Shown: positions 30,948 to 39,830, counted from the first letter of the stretch. The stretch: DNA of 64,000 nt from an uncultured Alphaproteobacteria bacterium (GCA_902577945.1 CACHBB010000004.1:2255-66254), one strand, 5' to 3'. Notes: generated from the letters alone by a model not told the origin. Made by a program: numbers and translations.

Positions 30948-31181
30948 TTAATAATCTCCTTTCAATTTAATTATAAATTATGATAGAATTTTTATTAAAA
31001 ATTTATGAAGATCAACAATCTTTTTATTAATAAACCTAAAAGGTTTGAATAACTATTCGTCAATATTTATTATTTTTTATTAATAATATTATTTTTACTT
31101 AACTTAATTATTATTCAATAATAGAATATTCATAAAATTGTAAAATTTTAATCTTAGGTTTTAAAAAGCAAAAGGAGATTT

Positions 31182-31502
31182 ATGTTATTTGAAAAATTAC
31201 AAAAAGCATTTGAAGAAAAAGATGCAAAAGCTCACAGAGCTCTTTTCCATGAAGATCATGAATTTATTAGCCATAAGCAAAATAAAGTTTTTAAAAAAAG
31301 TGAAGGAAGCGAGGAGCAAACTTTAGAAATGTTTAATAATATTACTGAAGATAAAGTTCGTTGTATTTATGAAAATGATGAAATTTTAGTTACACATCGC
31401 TTTAATACTTATGCATCTGGCGATAAAGAAGCTTTAATGATGGTTGCATTAAAAAAAGATGGATTAATATGGAGAACAGAGACTGGTGCCACAGAAATGT
31501 GA
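31182..31502 (+). CDS. NTF2/SnoaL-like small protein
   Basis: AFEEKD...LFHEDH.F, RCIYENDEILV.H, KDGLIWR.ETGAT; SD AAGGAG. Confidence 0.75.
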   Translation: MLFEKLQKAFEEKDAKAHRALFHEDHEFISHKQNKVFKKSEGSEEQTLEMFNNITEDKVRCIYENDEILVTHRFNTYASGDKEALMMVALKKDGLIWRTETGATEM

Positions 31503-31531
31503 ATAAATTTTAATTTTATAAGGAGATAATT

Positions 31532-31876
31532 ATGAATTTAGGAGAAAAATTTGCTGAAGTATTTTTTAATTACACTGGTGAAACAAATGATGAAACACTT
31601 TCTTCTCTATTAGCAGATGATTTTATTTGGGAAACTATAACAAAAGCAAGGATTAATGATAAAATTTATGAAAACAAAGAAGAAACATTAAATACACTTG
31701 CACAAATTAAATCACCTCCTGATTGGAAAATTTTTTATAGTACTGATGAAATACTAGTTGCATCATTACAAACAATTGCTCCAACAGATAATACTAAAAG
31801 AGGATTAATCGTTTCAGTTTTATTTGAAAAAGGTAAAGCAATTAAAATGATTTCAGCAAATGGAGATGGAATATAA
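31532..31876 (+). CDS. NTF2/SnoaL-like small protein
   Basis: LSSLLADDFIW, IFYSTDEILV, FEKGKAIK; distantly similar to the upstream gene; SD AAGGAG. Confidence 0.6.
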   Translation: MNLGEKFAEVFFNYTGETNDETLSSLLADDFIWETITKARINDKIYENKEETLNTLAQIKSPPDWKIFYSTDEILVASLQTIAPTDNTKRGLIVSVLFEKGKAIKMISANGDGI

Positions 31877-31898
31877 ACATTAAATATTAGGAATTCTT

Positions 31899-32168
31899 AT
31901 GAAAATTATTATGAATGTTAAATTAAAAGAAGGTTATGAAAAATGGAAAAATCTTTTTCTCAGTGTCGATACACATAGAGAAAAGTATGGAATAAAAGTT
32001 TTAGCATATGGCCATCCAAAAGATAATGAAAATAAAATTTATCAAGTTTTAGAGATTGAATCGATGGAAAAAATGCAAGAAGCAATGAAAGATCCAGAAT
32101 TAGCAAAACTTAGAACTGAGGCTGGTGTTGATTTGGATAGTCAAGAAATTGTTTTTTTAGTTGAGTAG
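31899..32168 (+). CDS. DUF3764-like small alpha/beta-barrel protein
   Basis: YEKWKNLF...REKYGIKVL..G...N.IY...MKDPE....R.EAGVD pattern. Confidence 0.6.
   Translation: MKIIMNVKLKEGYEKWKNLFLSVDTHREKYGIKVLAYGHPKDNENKIYQVLEIESMEKMQEAMKDPELAKLRTEAGVDLDSQEIVFLVE
32131..32168 (+). repeat. direct repeat copy 1 (3' end of DUF3764-like gene)
   Basis: ATTTGGATAGTCAAGAAATTGTTTTTTTAGTTGAGTAG; 35/38 identical to 33949-33986. Confidence 0.9.
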
Positions 32169-32228
32169 GTTTTAATTTTATAGAAAAAGATACGGTATGA
32201 ATTAAATATAATTAAAGACTTCTTCACT

Positions 32229-33272
32229 ATGGAAGCTTTTTTTTATATTATTATTTTAATATTAATGATTTTTTATCTTGTAACACCGCTGATATTGATT
32301 TTTTCAAGCTCTTTAGGCTTAATTATTGACCCTTTCTGGTCTATTTCACCATTTGTTTGGGTATTTATTCTAGTTCCCATTATTGATTTAGTTTTACCTT
32401 ATTTAAATAAGCAAGATGTCGATTTAGAAGAAAATATATTCCATAATTTTTCTATTTTGATTGTTCTTCCTTGTATTTTATTTCTAATAATTTTTGGTTT
32501 AATTGTTGTATCTAATCCTTCAATAACATTTTTAACTGCTGCTGCTTTAGGTGCAGCTGTTGGTATGTCAGGTGGTTCAATTGGTATTACAACAGCCCAT
32601 GAGCTAATTCATCGACAAAATAAATATATGCGAGGTATTGGTGTGTTATTATTAATTGTATGTTGCTATGGTCATTTTCGCATAGAGCATATTTATGGTC
32701 ATCACCGAAATGTTGCTACTAAAGAAGATCCAGCTACTGCTAGAAGAGGTGAAAATTTTTATTTTTATTTTGTTCGCTGTGTTATTAATAGTGTCATCTC
32801 TTCATGGAATATTGAAAAAAATATACTTTTAAAAAGAAATATAAATTTATTAAATATTCGAAACAGAATGTTGCATTATTTCGTATTAGAATTTTTATTT
32901 TTAATAATTTCTTTTTATATTGCTGGTATAAATGGACTAGTATTTGTTTTGTTTCACTCTTTTATTTCAATACTATTACTTGAGCTTGTTAATTACATTC
33001 AACATTATGGTTTAGAAAGAAAAATGGAAAATGGTAAATATGAAAAATTTACTGATCATCACTCATGGAATAGTCGTCATATATCCGCTAACTGGTCTAC
33101 ATTCAATTTAGGCCTGCATGCAGAACACCATCATAGAGCATCAAAACACTATCCTCTTTTATCACAAGAAGAAAAATCAGTAGAAATGCCTGCCAACTAT
33201 TCCATAATGTTAATAATGGCTTTAATTCCACCTTTATGGTTTTTTGTAATGGATAAAAAAATACATAATTAA
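32229..33272 (+). CDS. alkB: alkane 1-monooxygenase (AlkB family membrane di-iron enzyme)
   Basis: His boxes HELIH, EHIYGHH, NYIQHYG, LHAEHH; DPATARRGE, HHSWNS; N-terminal TM helices. Confidence 0.88.
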   Translation: MEAFFYIIILILMIFYLVTPLILIFSSSLGLIIDPFWSISPFVWVFILVPIIDLVLPYLNKQDVDLEENIFHNFSILIVLPCILFLIIFGLIVVSNPSITFLTAAALGAAVGMSGGSIGITTAHELIHRQNKYMRGIGVLLLIVCCYGHFRIEHIYGHHRNVATKEDPATARRGENFYFYFVRCVINSVISSWNIEKNILLKRNINLLNIRNRMLHYFVLEFLFLIISFYIAGINGLVFVLFHSFISILLLELVNYIQHYGLERKMENGKYEKFTDHHSWNSRHISANWSTFNLGLHAEHHHRASKHYPLLSQEEKSVEMPANYSIMLIMALIPPLWFFVMDKKIHN

Positions 33273-33291
33273 ATTACTATAGAAAACAATA

Positions 33292-33322
33292 AATAAGCGG
33301 GAAATTAATCCCGCTTTTATTT
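33292..33322. terminator. bidirectional intrinsic terminator
   Basis: AAGCGGGA-aattaa-TCCCGCTT stem with A/T tails between convergent genes. Confidence 0.75.
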
Positions 33323-33360
33323 TAATTAAAACAAGCGGCTATTAAAACGTTTGATATATA

Positions 33361-33792
33361 TTAATACCCCTCAAATATTGTTCTAATAATAATTAAAATT
33401 AATCCAACTAATGGGAACATAACTCCTCTAATATTAGGAGTAATTCCATAATTATTTACAAGATTAAAGTACCTAACTAATGAACTAATTAAAGCTATTG
33501 CAAAAAGCATAAATAAAAATGAATACCAAAACTTATATTGTACTACATTTTCTTCATAAGTATTCCCAGTAACATCAAAAGTTAATAATATTGACATTAA
33601 TAACATTGTTAAAAAAACAGCACCTAAAGGGCCTCTAAAAACTAACTTGGGTTCTTCATTTGAAAAACCTAATTCATTAAAAAATTTATTATTAAAATAA
33701 AACTGATAAATAATAAATAAATTAAAAAGCATAAATAAAACATGGAATGTAAATGCCATTGTTCCTCCAGCCTCTAAAATATATTGGGCCAT
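33361..33792 (-). CDS. 4-TM hypothetical membrane protein (paralog of 46742-47143)
   Basis: Four hydrophobic segments; AGG..F..HV, FN..F, GF, PLG motifs shared with the paralog; SD AAGGAG. Confidence 0.75.
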   Translation of the reverse strand: MAQYILEAGGTMAFTFHVLFMLFNLFIIYQFYFNNKFFNELGFSNEEPKLVFRGPLGAVFLTMLLMSILLTFDVTGNTYEENVVQYKFWYSFLFMLFAIALISSLVRYFNLVNNYGITPNIRGVMFPLVGLILIIIRTIFEGY

Positions 33793-33948
33793 AAAATCTC
33801 CTTTTTTAAAATAATTATAAAATTAATGATGATTCTTAATAAAAAACTATTAAAAAATTATGAATAAAAATATTTTAATCTAATTTAATTGCTGTTGAGA
33901 GTTATACTCTAGTTTTTGTACAGAAATTTCTAAATTTTCTATTAAATC

Positions 33949-33986
33949 ATTTAGATAGCCAAGAAATAGTTTTTTTAGTTGAGTAG
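33949..33986 (+). pseudogene. direct repeat copy 2: orphan 3' fragment (LDSQEIVFLVE*) of a DUF3764-like allele
   Basis: ATTTAGATAGCCAAGAAATAGTTTTTTTAGTTGAGTAG; three differences from copy 1, all at synonymous third positions; no upstream part of the gene is present. Confidence 0.85.
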
Positions 33987-34017
33987 ATTATAATTAAAAA
34001 ATAGAATATAATTAAAC

Positions 34018-34055
34018 GGGGTATAAAGCCCTCTCCACTGAGGGAGTTTTGCCCC
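34018..34055 (+). promoter_or_regulatory. GC-rich leader hairpin sequestering the putative SD of the 2OG-oxygenase gene
   Basis: GGGGTATAAAG-CCCTC-tccact-GAGGG-AGTTTTGCCCC directly abuts ATG 34056; GAGGGAG lies in the 3' arm. Confidence 0.55.
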
Positions 34056-34916
34056 ATGATAAATATGAAAATACAAGAAGAAAATATTAGTTATTTTATT
34101 AATCTTGATAAATTTCCTATACACGAACCTCAAAGTTCAAAATATCAAACAATTGTAAAAGAAGCACGTGAAGCACTAGATTATGATGGTTGCTATGTTT
34201 TGAAATCCATTGTTAATTCAAATGCAATTAAAGATATGCAACATGAAGCATCAAGTATTGAGAGTTTTGCGCATTATACATCTAATAAAGTAAATGTTTA
34301 CTTTAGTAAGGATGATCCATCGTATCCTAAAGACCATCCACGTCGTTTTTTTATGGAAAGAAGTAACGGATTTGTTTCAGGTGATAAATTTCCAGAAAAA
34401 TCCAAGATAAAAGATTTATATTATTCTGAAATACTAAAAAACTTTATTGCAGATTGTTTGGAAGTAAAAATGTATCACTATGCTGATCCTTTAGCTTCGC
34501 TAACAATAAATGTAAATAAACCAGGTGATCGTTTTTCTTGGCATTACGATACAAATGAATTTACTGTCACTATGCTTGTGCAAGATTGTGATAAAGGAGG
34601 TATATTTCAATACGTACCAAGTATTAGAAATAAAGATGATGAATGTTATGATGAAGTTCAAAAACTTCTTCATGGAGATACCTCAAAGATAAAAGAAATA
34701 AAACTTAATGAAGGTGATCTTCAATTATTTAAGGGTCGCTATGCACTTCACCGAGCAACTAGAGCAGAAGGAAATAAAACAAGAAATTTAGTTGTATTCA
34801 CATACACTGAAAAAGAAAACGTTATTGGCTCTACTTATAGAACAGAAGAGCTCTACGGCAAAACTCTTGACGTTCATAAACAGACAAAAGTTAGAAGTGA
34901 TAATTTAACAGATTAA
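34056..34916 (+). CDS. Fe(II)/2-oxoglutarate-dependent oxygenase (BesD/HalD-like fold, HxD hydroxylase type)
   Basis: FSWHYDTNEFTVT, GGIFQY, GDLQLFKGRYALHR, distal Arg (TRNLVVF). Confidence 0.8.
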   Translation: MINMKIQEENISYFINLDKFPIHEPQSSKYQTIVKEAREALDYDGCYVLKSIVNSNAIKDMQHEASSIESFAHYTSNKVNVYFSKDDPSYPKDHPRRFFMERSNGFVSGDKFPEKSKIKDLYYSEILKNFIADCLEVKMYHYADPLASLTINVNKPGDRFSWHYDTNEFTVTMLVQDCDKGGIFQYVPSIRNKDDECYDEVQKLLHGDTSKIKEIKLNEGDLQLFKGRYALHRATRAEGNKTRNLVVFTYTEKENVIGSTYRTEELYGKTLDVHKQTKVRSDNLTD

Positions 34917-34920
34917 AATT

Positions 34921-35853
34921 ATGAAAAAAATTGGAATGATTGGTCTTGGAAATATGGGAAGTGCAGTTGCACGGAATATTCAAAGAGCTAAATACCCTCT
35001 TTATGTTTATGATATTAACAAAGAAGCTGGAAAAAATGTAATAAATAATGGTGGTATAGTTACTAACTCTCCAAAAGAACTTTTAAATGATGTTGATATA
35101 GTTGTTTCAATGGTTTTTGGACCAAAAGAAATTGAGGATGTTTTAAAGGGTGAAAATGGTATGCTCCAAACATCTTGCAAAGATAAAATTTGGATAGATT
35201 TAACAACTAGCTCCCCTACTCTTATGAGGAATTTAGCAAATGAATTTGAAGATGCTGGTGGATATGCAGTAGATGCCCCTGTTACAGGATCATTAGACTC
35301 AGCTATTCGCGGAGATATGATAATGTTTGTTGGTGGATCAGAAATTGCTTTAAAAAAAGCTAAGGAAGTTTTGGATAGAATTGGTAAAACAAGACGAGTG
35401 GGAAAATATGGCAATGGATACGTAGCAAAACTTGTTAATAATCAATTATGGAAAATTCATGCTTCAGCAATTGGAGAGGCAATGGTCTTAGCTAAAAAAG
35501 CAGGTTTAGAACCAGATGTTTGGTGGGAAGTAATGAAAGGTGGTGCAGCAGATAGCTTTGTTCTTCATCACGATGTGCCATCAATATTTGCTGGTCATTA
35601 TGATCCATCATTTCGCGTAGAATTAGCTTTAAAGGATTTAGATTTGATACAAGAATTAATTAAAGAAAATAATACTAGAGCAGAATTAACTAATGCAGCA
35701 CACAAAAGATTTAAAGAAGCCAAAGAACGTTACGGTGATGAAGCTGGAGAAATGACAGTTTGTAAATTAATTGAAGAAGATGGAAATGTTAATTTACAAG
35801 TAGATGGTGATTGGGTTGCGCCATGGGAAGTAAAACATCCTAATGATACATAG
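34921..35853 (+). CDS. NAD(P)-dependent beta-hydroxyacid dehydrogenase (3-hydroxyisobutyrate dehydrogenase family)
   Basis: IGLGNMG, DAPVTGS, AKLVNN, F....ALKDL. Confidence 0.88.
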   Translation: MKKIGMIGLGNMGSAVARNIQRAKYPLYVYDINKEAGKNVINNGGIVTNSPKELLNDVDIVVSMVFGPKEIEDVLKGENGMLQTSCKDKIWIDLTTSSPTLMRNLANEFEDAGGYAVDAPVTGSLDSAIRGDMIMFVGGSEIALKKAKEVLDRIGKTRRVGKYGNGYVAKLVNNQLWKIHASAIGEAMVLAKKAGLEPDVWWEVMKGGAADSFVLHHDVPSIFAGHYDPSFRVELALKDLDLIQELIKENNTRAELTNAAHKRFKEAKERYGDEAGEMTVCKLIEEDGNVNLQVDGDWVAPWEVKHPNDT

Positions 35854-35856
35854 CTT

Positions 35857-36183
35857 ATGTTATTAACTTATATATTTTTACTTTCAGCTGTTGTCCTAGG
35901 AACTGCATCTAATATTTTTGCCAAAGAAGCTTATGGATTTACAAAATTATTTCCCTCCTTTTTAAGTGCGTTAACAATAATTCTGTGTATGTATTGTTTA
36001 TCACAAGTGATGAAAACAATTTCAGCAGGATATACTTATGCTACTTTTGCTGGACTATGTATTATTGCAACCACAATCCTAGGTATTTTAAGATTTAATC
36101 AATGGCCTAATTTATATGCCTTTTTAGGATTAATTTTTATTATTATTGGAGTTATATTAGTAAATCTTTTAGGAAAAAATTAA
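35857..36183 (+). CDS. SMR (EmrE/Gdx-like) small transporter
   Basis: 108 aa, 4 TM, K...GFTKL.PS, YATFAG, G...I..GVIL.NL; lacks the TM1 Glu. Confidence 0.8.
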   Translation: MLLTYIFLLSAVVLGTASNIFAKEAYGFTKLFPSFLSALTIILCMYCLSQVMKTISAGYTYATFAGLCIIATTILGILRFNQWPNLYAFLGLIFIIIGVILVNLLGKN

Positions 36184-36185
36184 TC

Positions 36186-37121
36186 TTAAGTTCTAAGTGT
36201 TGTTTTAGCAACAACTAAAGATTTTTTTCTATTTTCTCTAAAGACTATATATATACCACTTGCAACAATAAGAATGATACCAATAAAAGAATAAAAATCT
36301 GGCAATTCATCAAAAATAAAAAAACCTAAAATTACCGCAAAAATTAAATGAACATATTCTGCAGGTGCATTTATTAATGGAGACCCTACTCTATAAGCTG
36401 CAATTAAAGACATAATGCCTAAACTTCCTAAAACTCCAATGAATAAAATAAAGATAACGGTTTGAATGTCATTAAGGATCCAGGGATTATTTAAATTATC
36501 AAGAATATTAAAATTTATATCTGAGTTATATATCAAAGCACTAATTAAAGTTCCTCCAATAAATGAACCTATATAAATATGAAAAGTCTGTTGAAATAAC
36601 GAATCTTTATCAGAAGTCTTTTTCGCTAATGTCATGGACAGAGCATAACTGAACGCTGTAATAATAGGAAATATCATATAGATATTTATATTTGTGAAAT
36701 CAGGCTTAATAATTAGCAGTGTTCCAGAGAAACCAACGATAATACTAAATATTCTATTCATACCTATTTCATTTTTTAAAATTAAATAAGAGAATATTGT
36801 AATAAAAAAAGGACTAACAAAAAATAAGGCTGTTGCTTCAGCAAGGCCAATTTTACTTAATGAAATAAAAAATAATAAAAAACCAAAAAAAAATGATATG
36901 CCTCTAAAGACAGCAACATAAGGATATGCAGAACTAAAGACAATATTCTGTTTTGTATAAAGTAAATAAAAAATTAAAATTAAAGATCCTACTGTTGCTC
37001 TGAAAGATAGTATTTGAAGCAATGACAGATCATTAACTGTTAACTTTATTAAAGTATCGTGGACAATGAACAACAACATTCCAAATATAATCAGTATTAA
37101 TCCTTTAATATTGTTATTCAT
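36186..37121 (-). CDS. DMT/EamA transporter
   Basis: 10 TM, LAEATALFFVSPFF, GF.G.LLIIKP, FDELPD. Confidence 0.88.
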   Translation of the reverse strand: MNNNIKGLILIIFGMLLFIVHDTLIKLTVNDLSLLQILSFRATVGSLILIFYLLYTKQNIVFSSAYPYVAVFRGISFFFGFLLFFISLSKIGLAEATALFFVSPFFITIFSYLILKNEIGMNRIFSIIVGFSGTLLIIKPDFTNINIYMIFPIITAFSYALSMTLAKKTSDKDSLFQQTFHIYIGSFIGGTLISALIYNSDINFNILDNLNNPWILNDIQTVIFILFIGVLGSLGIMSLIAAYRVGSPLINAPAEYVHLIFAVILGFFIFDELPDFYSFIGIILIVASGIYIVFRENRKKSLVVAKTTLRT

Positions 37122-37179
37122 TAAATAAGGTATTAATACTATTTTTGTTTTAGAATAAACAAAAAATGGATTTTATAAG

Positions 37180-37866
37180 GTGATAGATTTTTTTTCTAAA
37201 TTGCGAGATAACCGAATTTTTCAATTTACTGTTGTAATCATTATAATTCTCAATGCAGTATTAATTGGAGCAACTACCTATGAATTAGAACCTTTATTTT
37301 TAAATTTCATTCATCTTCTTGATTATGCAATCACAATTTTTTTTGTTATTGAAATTTTGATACGATTTATAGGAGAAAAGGAGAAAAAAAACTTCTTTAA
37401 AGATGGTTGGAATGTATTTGATACAATTATAGTAGCTATATCACTTATCCCTATACCAAATAATTCTAGCTACTTAGTTTTGAGATTGCTAAGAATATTT
37501 AGAGTATTAAGGTTAATTTCAGTTATTCCAGAGCTAAAAAAGATTATTGAAGCAATTCTAGCATCAATAAAAAGAGTTTTTTACGTTAGTCTTCTTCTTT
37601 TTATAATACTGTATATTTACGCAACTATGGGCTCAATCTTATTTGGTGAAGATGATCCTGAAAGATGGGCAGATCTTGGTATTTCTCTAATAACACTTTT
37701 TCAGGTATTAACATTATCTAGCTGGGAAAATGTAATGTTACCTATGCAAGCAATTTATTGGTGGTCGTGGATTTATTTCTTTAGTTTTATAACAATATGC
37801 TCAATTACGATTTTAAATTTAGTAATTGCCATTCTGGTAGACGTTGTAAATCATCAAAAAAATTAA
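37180..37866 (+). CDS. bacterial voltage-gated sodium channel, NavRh-like
   Basis: S4 LRLLRIFRVLRL, WNVFD, filter TLSSWEN, LNLVIAILVD; GTG start. Confidence 0.93.
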   Translation: MIDFFSKLRDNRIFQFTVVIIIILNAVLIGATTYELEPLFLNFIHLLDYAITIFFVIEILIRFIGEKEKKNFFKDGWNVFDTIIVAISLIPIPNNSSYLVLRLLRIFRVLRLISVIPELKKIIEAILASIKRVFYVSLLLFIILYIYATMGSILFGEDDPERWADLGISLITLFQVLTLSSWENVMLPMQAIYWWSWIYFFSFITICSITILNLVIAILVDVVNHQKN

Positions 37867-37957
37867 AATTAATATATTTTAATATAAAATTATGTTAATT
37901 AGAGATTAAATTGCAGTCGTAGAATACCTGCATTATCAAAACACAATGGAGGGATAA

Positions 37958-38416
37958 ATGTTTGATAAAAAAGAAGATAATACTACTTCAACGCCAGATG
38001 TATTTAGACCTGCAAAGGGTTCAGCAAAGGTTGTAATTGGTAATGGAGTAACCATTAGCGGTGAGATTAAAAAAGCAGATGAAGTACAAATTGATGGAGA
38101 AGCAGACGTTATAATGAAAACAGATAATTTAGTTGTAGGCGCAACTGGTAATTGCAAAGGTGATATTGAAACTCATAATGCAGATATTTGGGGTGTGTTT
38201 GACGGTGATATCAAGGCTTCAGGAACATTAACTATACAAGAACAAGGAAGAGTATCCGGTAAAATAGAGTATCAGAACATGCAAATTAAGCTTGGTGGTC
38301 AAGTAAGTGGTGATATTAAATTATCAGATAAAATTCAATCCATTAAAAAAGATCCTAAAACTGTAGCTGATGATAATGTATCTTTACAAGATGCAATGAA
38401 GAAAGATGGAAAGTAG
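37958..38416 (+). CDS. bactofilin (polymer-forming cytoskeletal protein)
   Basis: VIGNGVTISGEI, beta-helix repeats G...GDI; SD GGAGG. Confidence 0.9.
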   Translation: MFDKKEDNTTSTPDVFRPAKGSAKVVIGNGVTISGEIKKADEVQIDGEADVIMKTDNLVVGATGNCKGDIETHNADIWGVFDGDIKASGTLTIQEQGRVSGKIEYQNMQIKLGGQVSGDIKLSDKIQSIKKDPKTVADDNVSLQDAMKKDGK

Positions 38417-38465
38417 AAATTAAATTAATTTTTAACAATTAATTATTATTTTTAACTTATCACTT

Positions 38466-38513
38466 ACATGTCGATAACTTGGCAATTTGCTAAACTCGAC
38501 ACATGTTTTTTTT
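38466..38513 (+). terminator. long hairpin plus T-run after bactofilin
   Basis: ACATGTCGA...TTGGCAA-T-TTGCTAA...TCGACACATGT followed by a T-run. Confidence 0.55.
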
Positions 38514-38585
38514 CAATTTTTAGCTCTATTGTTATTCTAATAAATTAATATTAATAATCTGTTGTCGATTTGTTAAATAAATGAA

Positions 38586-39197
38586 TTATAATCCACCATG
38601 AGATAATAAAAAATTTGAAATCTTATCAATACCATTATTATTTTTCATTTCACCAAAAACATATGGCAAACCATTTCTGGCTTCATTTACATCTTTTTTC
38701 ATTTGTTCTAAATCCACATTAACATATGGAGCGAGATCAACCTTATTAATTACAAGTAAATCAGATTTCTTTATTGCTGGAGCTTTTTTTCTTGGTATGT
38801 CGGCACCTTGCGCTACATCAATCATATAAATTGTTAGATCAACTAACTCAGGACTAAACGTTGCTGCTAAATTATCACCACCAGATTCAATAAGTATTAA
38901 TTCTAGATCAGGAAATTTTTTTTTCATTTCATCTACAGCTAGTAAATTAATACTACAATCTTCTCTTATAGCAGTATGAGGACAACCGCCAGTTTCTACA
39001 CCTTTAATTCTCTCTATGGGTAGAACTTGTGCTTTCATTAAGTATTCAGCATCTTCAGTTGTATAAATATCATTTGAAATAACTGACATAGAGATATTTT
39101 TAGATAAATGACGACATAACGCTTCAGTTAAACTAGTTTTACCTGTTCCTATTCCGCCGCCAATACCTACTTTTAAAGGTCCATTAATATTATTCAC
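38586..39197 (-). CDS. ureG: urease accessory GTPase
   Basis: P-loop [33 protein letters not shown]. Confidence 0.96.
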   Translation of the reverse strand: MNNINGPLKVGIGGGIGTGKTSLTEALCRHLSKNISMSVISNDIYTTEDAEYLMKAQVLPIERIKGVETGGCPHTAIREDCSINLLAVDEMKKKFPDLELILIESGGDNLAATFSPELVDLTIYMIDVAQGADIPRKKAPAIKKSDLLVINKVDLAPYVNVDLEQMKKDVNEARNGLPYVFGEMKNNNGIDKISNFLLSHGGL

Positions 39198-39829
39198 GTT
39201 AGATATATCCTTGAGTCTAAATTTTCATGTTTAATAGCATAAATATCGCCTATAAAAAAAGATGTACCAATATCTTTAAGAGTAAATTGCTTAGATTGTT
39301 CTAAAAATTTTTGAATTTGATCAATAAAGTTTACATTTAAAGTTTGTCCATCTTTTTGTGACATTGGTATATGCTTGACACTTACATTAATTAAATTCGA
39401 GATGAATGATTGCAGATAAAATTTAATTAGATCCTCAAAATTAATATTAAAATACATTCCAGCTTTTGCTAAACAATAAATAAAAGAAGACTTTTCAGGT
39501 AAAAATAATTCCCAGCTATCTTTCATAATTTTTCTAAAAGAATTTCCCATATCAATCATTTCTATTTGTCTCTCTTTAGAAGATGCACTTGCTAAAATTA
39601 AATCATTGATATCATTATTATGATAAATTGACTTAATAAAAATGTAGTCATTTCTTAATGTTCCATAAAATAAAAGAGCATTTAAATATTCTTTAACATC
39701 ATCTTTGTTATTAATTTTTTTATAATCTATTAGAGCTTCTAAACCATGAGAGTAAGCATAAGAACCAATTGGGAAAGAGGATGAAAACCATACTTGTAAT
39801 ATTTGATGTGGATCTCTAATTGTACTCAT
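39194..39829 (-). CDS. ureF: urease accessory protein
   Basis: [18 protein letters not shown]...SRIYLT; start placed at MSTIRD, just after the ureE stop. Confidence 0.92.
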   Translation of the reverse strand: MSTIRDPHQILQVWFSSSFPIGSYAYSHGLEALIDYKKINNKDDVKEYLNALLFYGTLRNDYIFIKSIYHNNDINDLILASASSKERQIEMIDMGNSFRKIMKDSWELFLPEKSSFIYCLAKAGMYFNINFEDLIKFYLQSFISNLINVSVKHIPMSQKDGQTLNVNFIDQIQKFLEQSKQFTLKDIGTSFFIGDIYAIKHENLDSRIYLT

Positions 39830-39830
39830 T

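Noticed and set aside
31031-31162. 8-bp inverted repeat AAACCTAA/TTAGGTTT suggesting a MITE
   Set aside because: Too short for AT-rich DNA; no target duplication or second copy.
34056-34916. Calling the 2OG enzyme a halogenase
   Set aside because: It retains the HxD carboxylate ligand; BesD-type halogenases have HxG/A.
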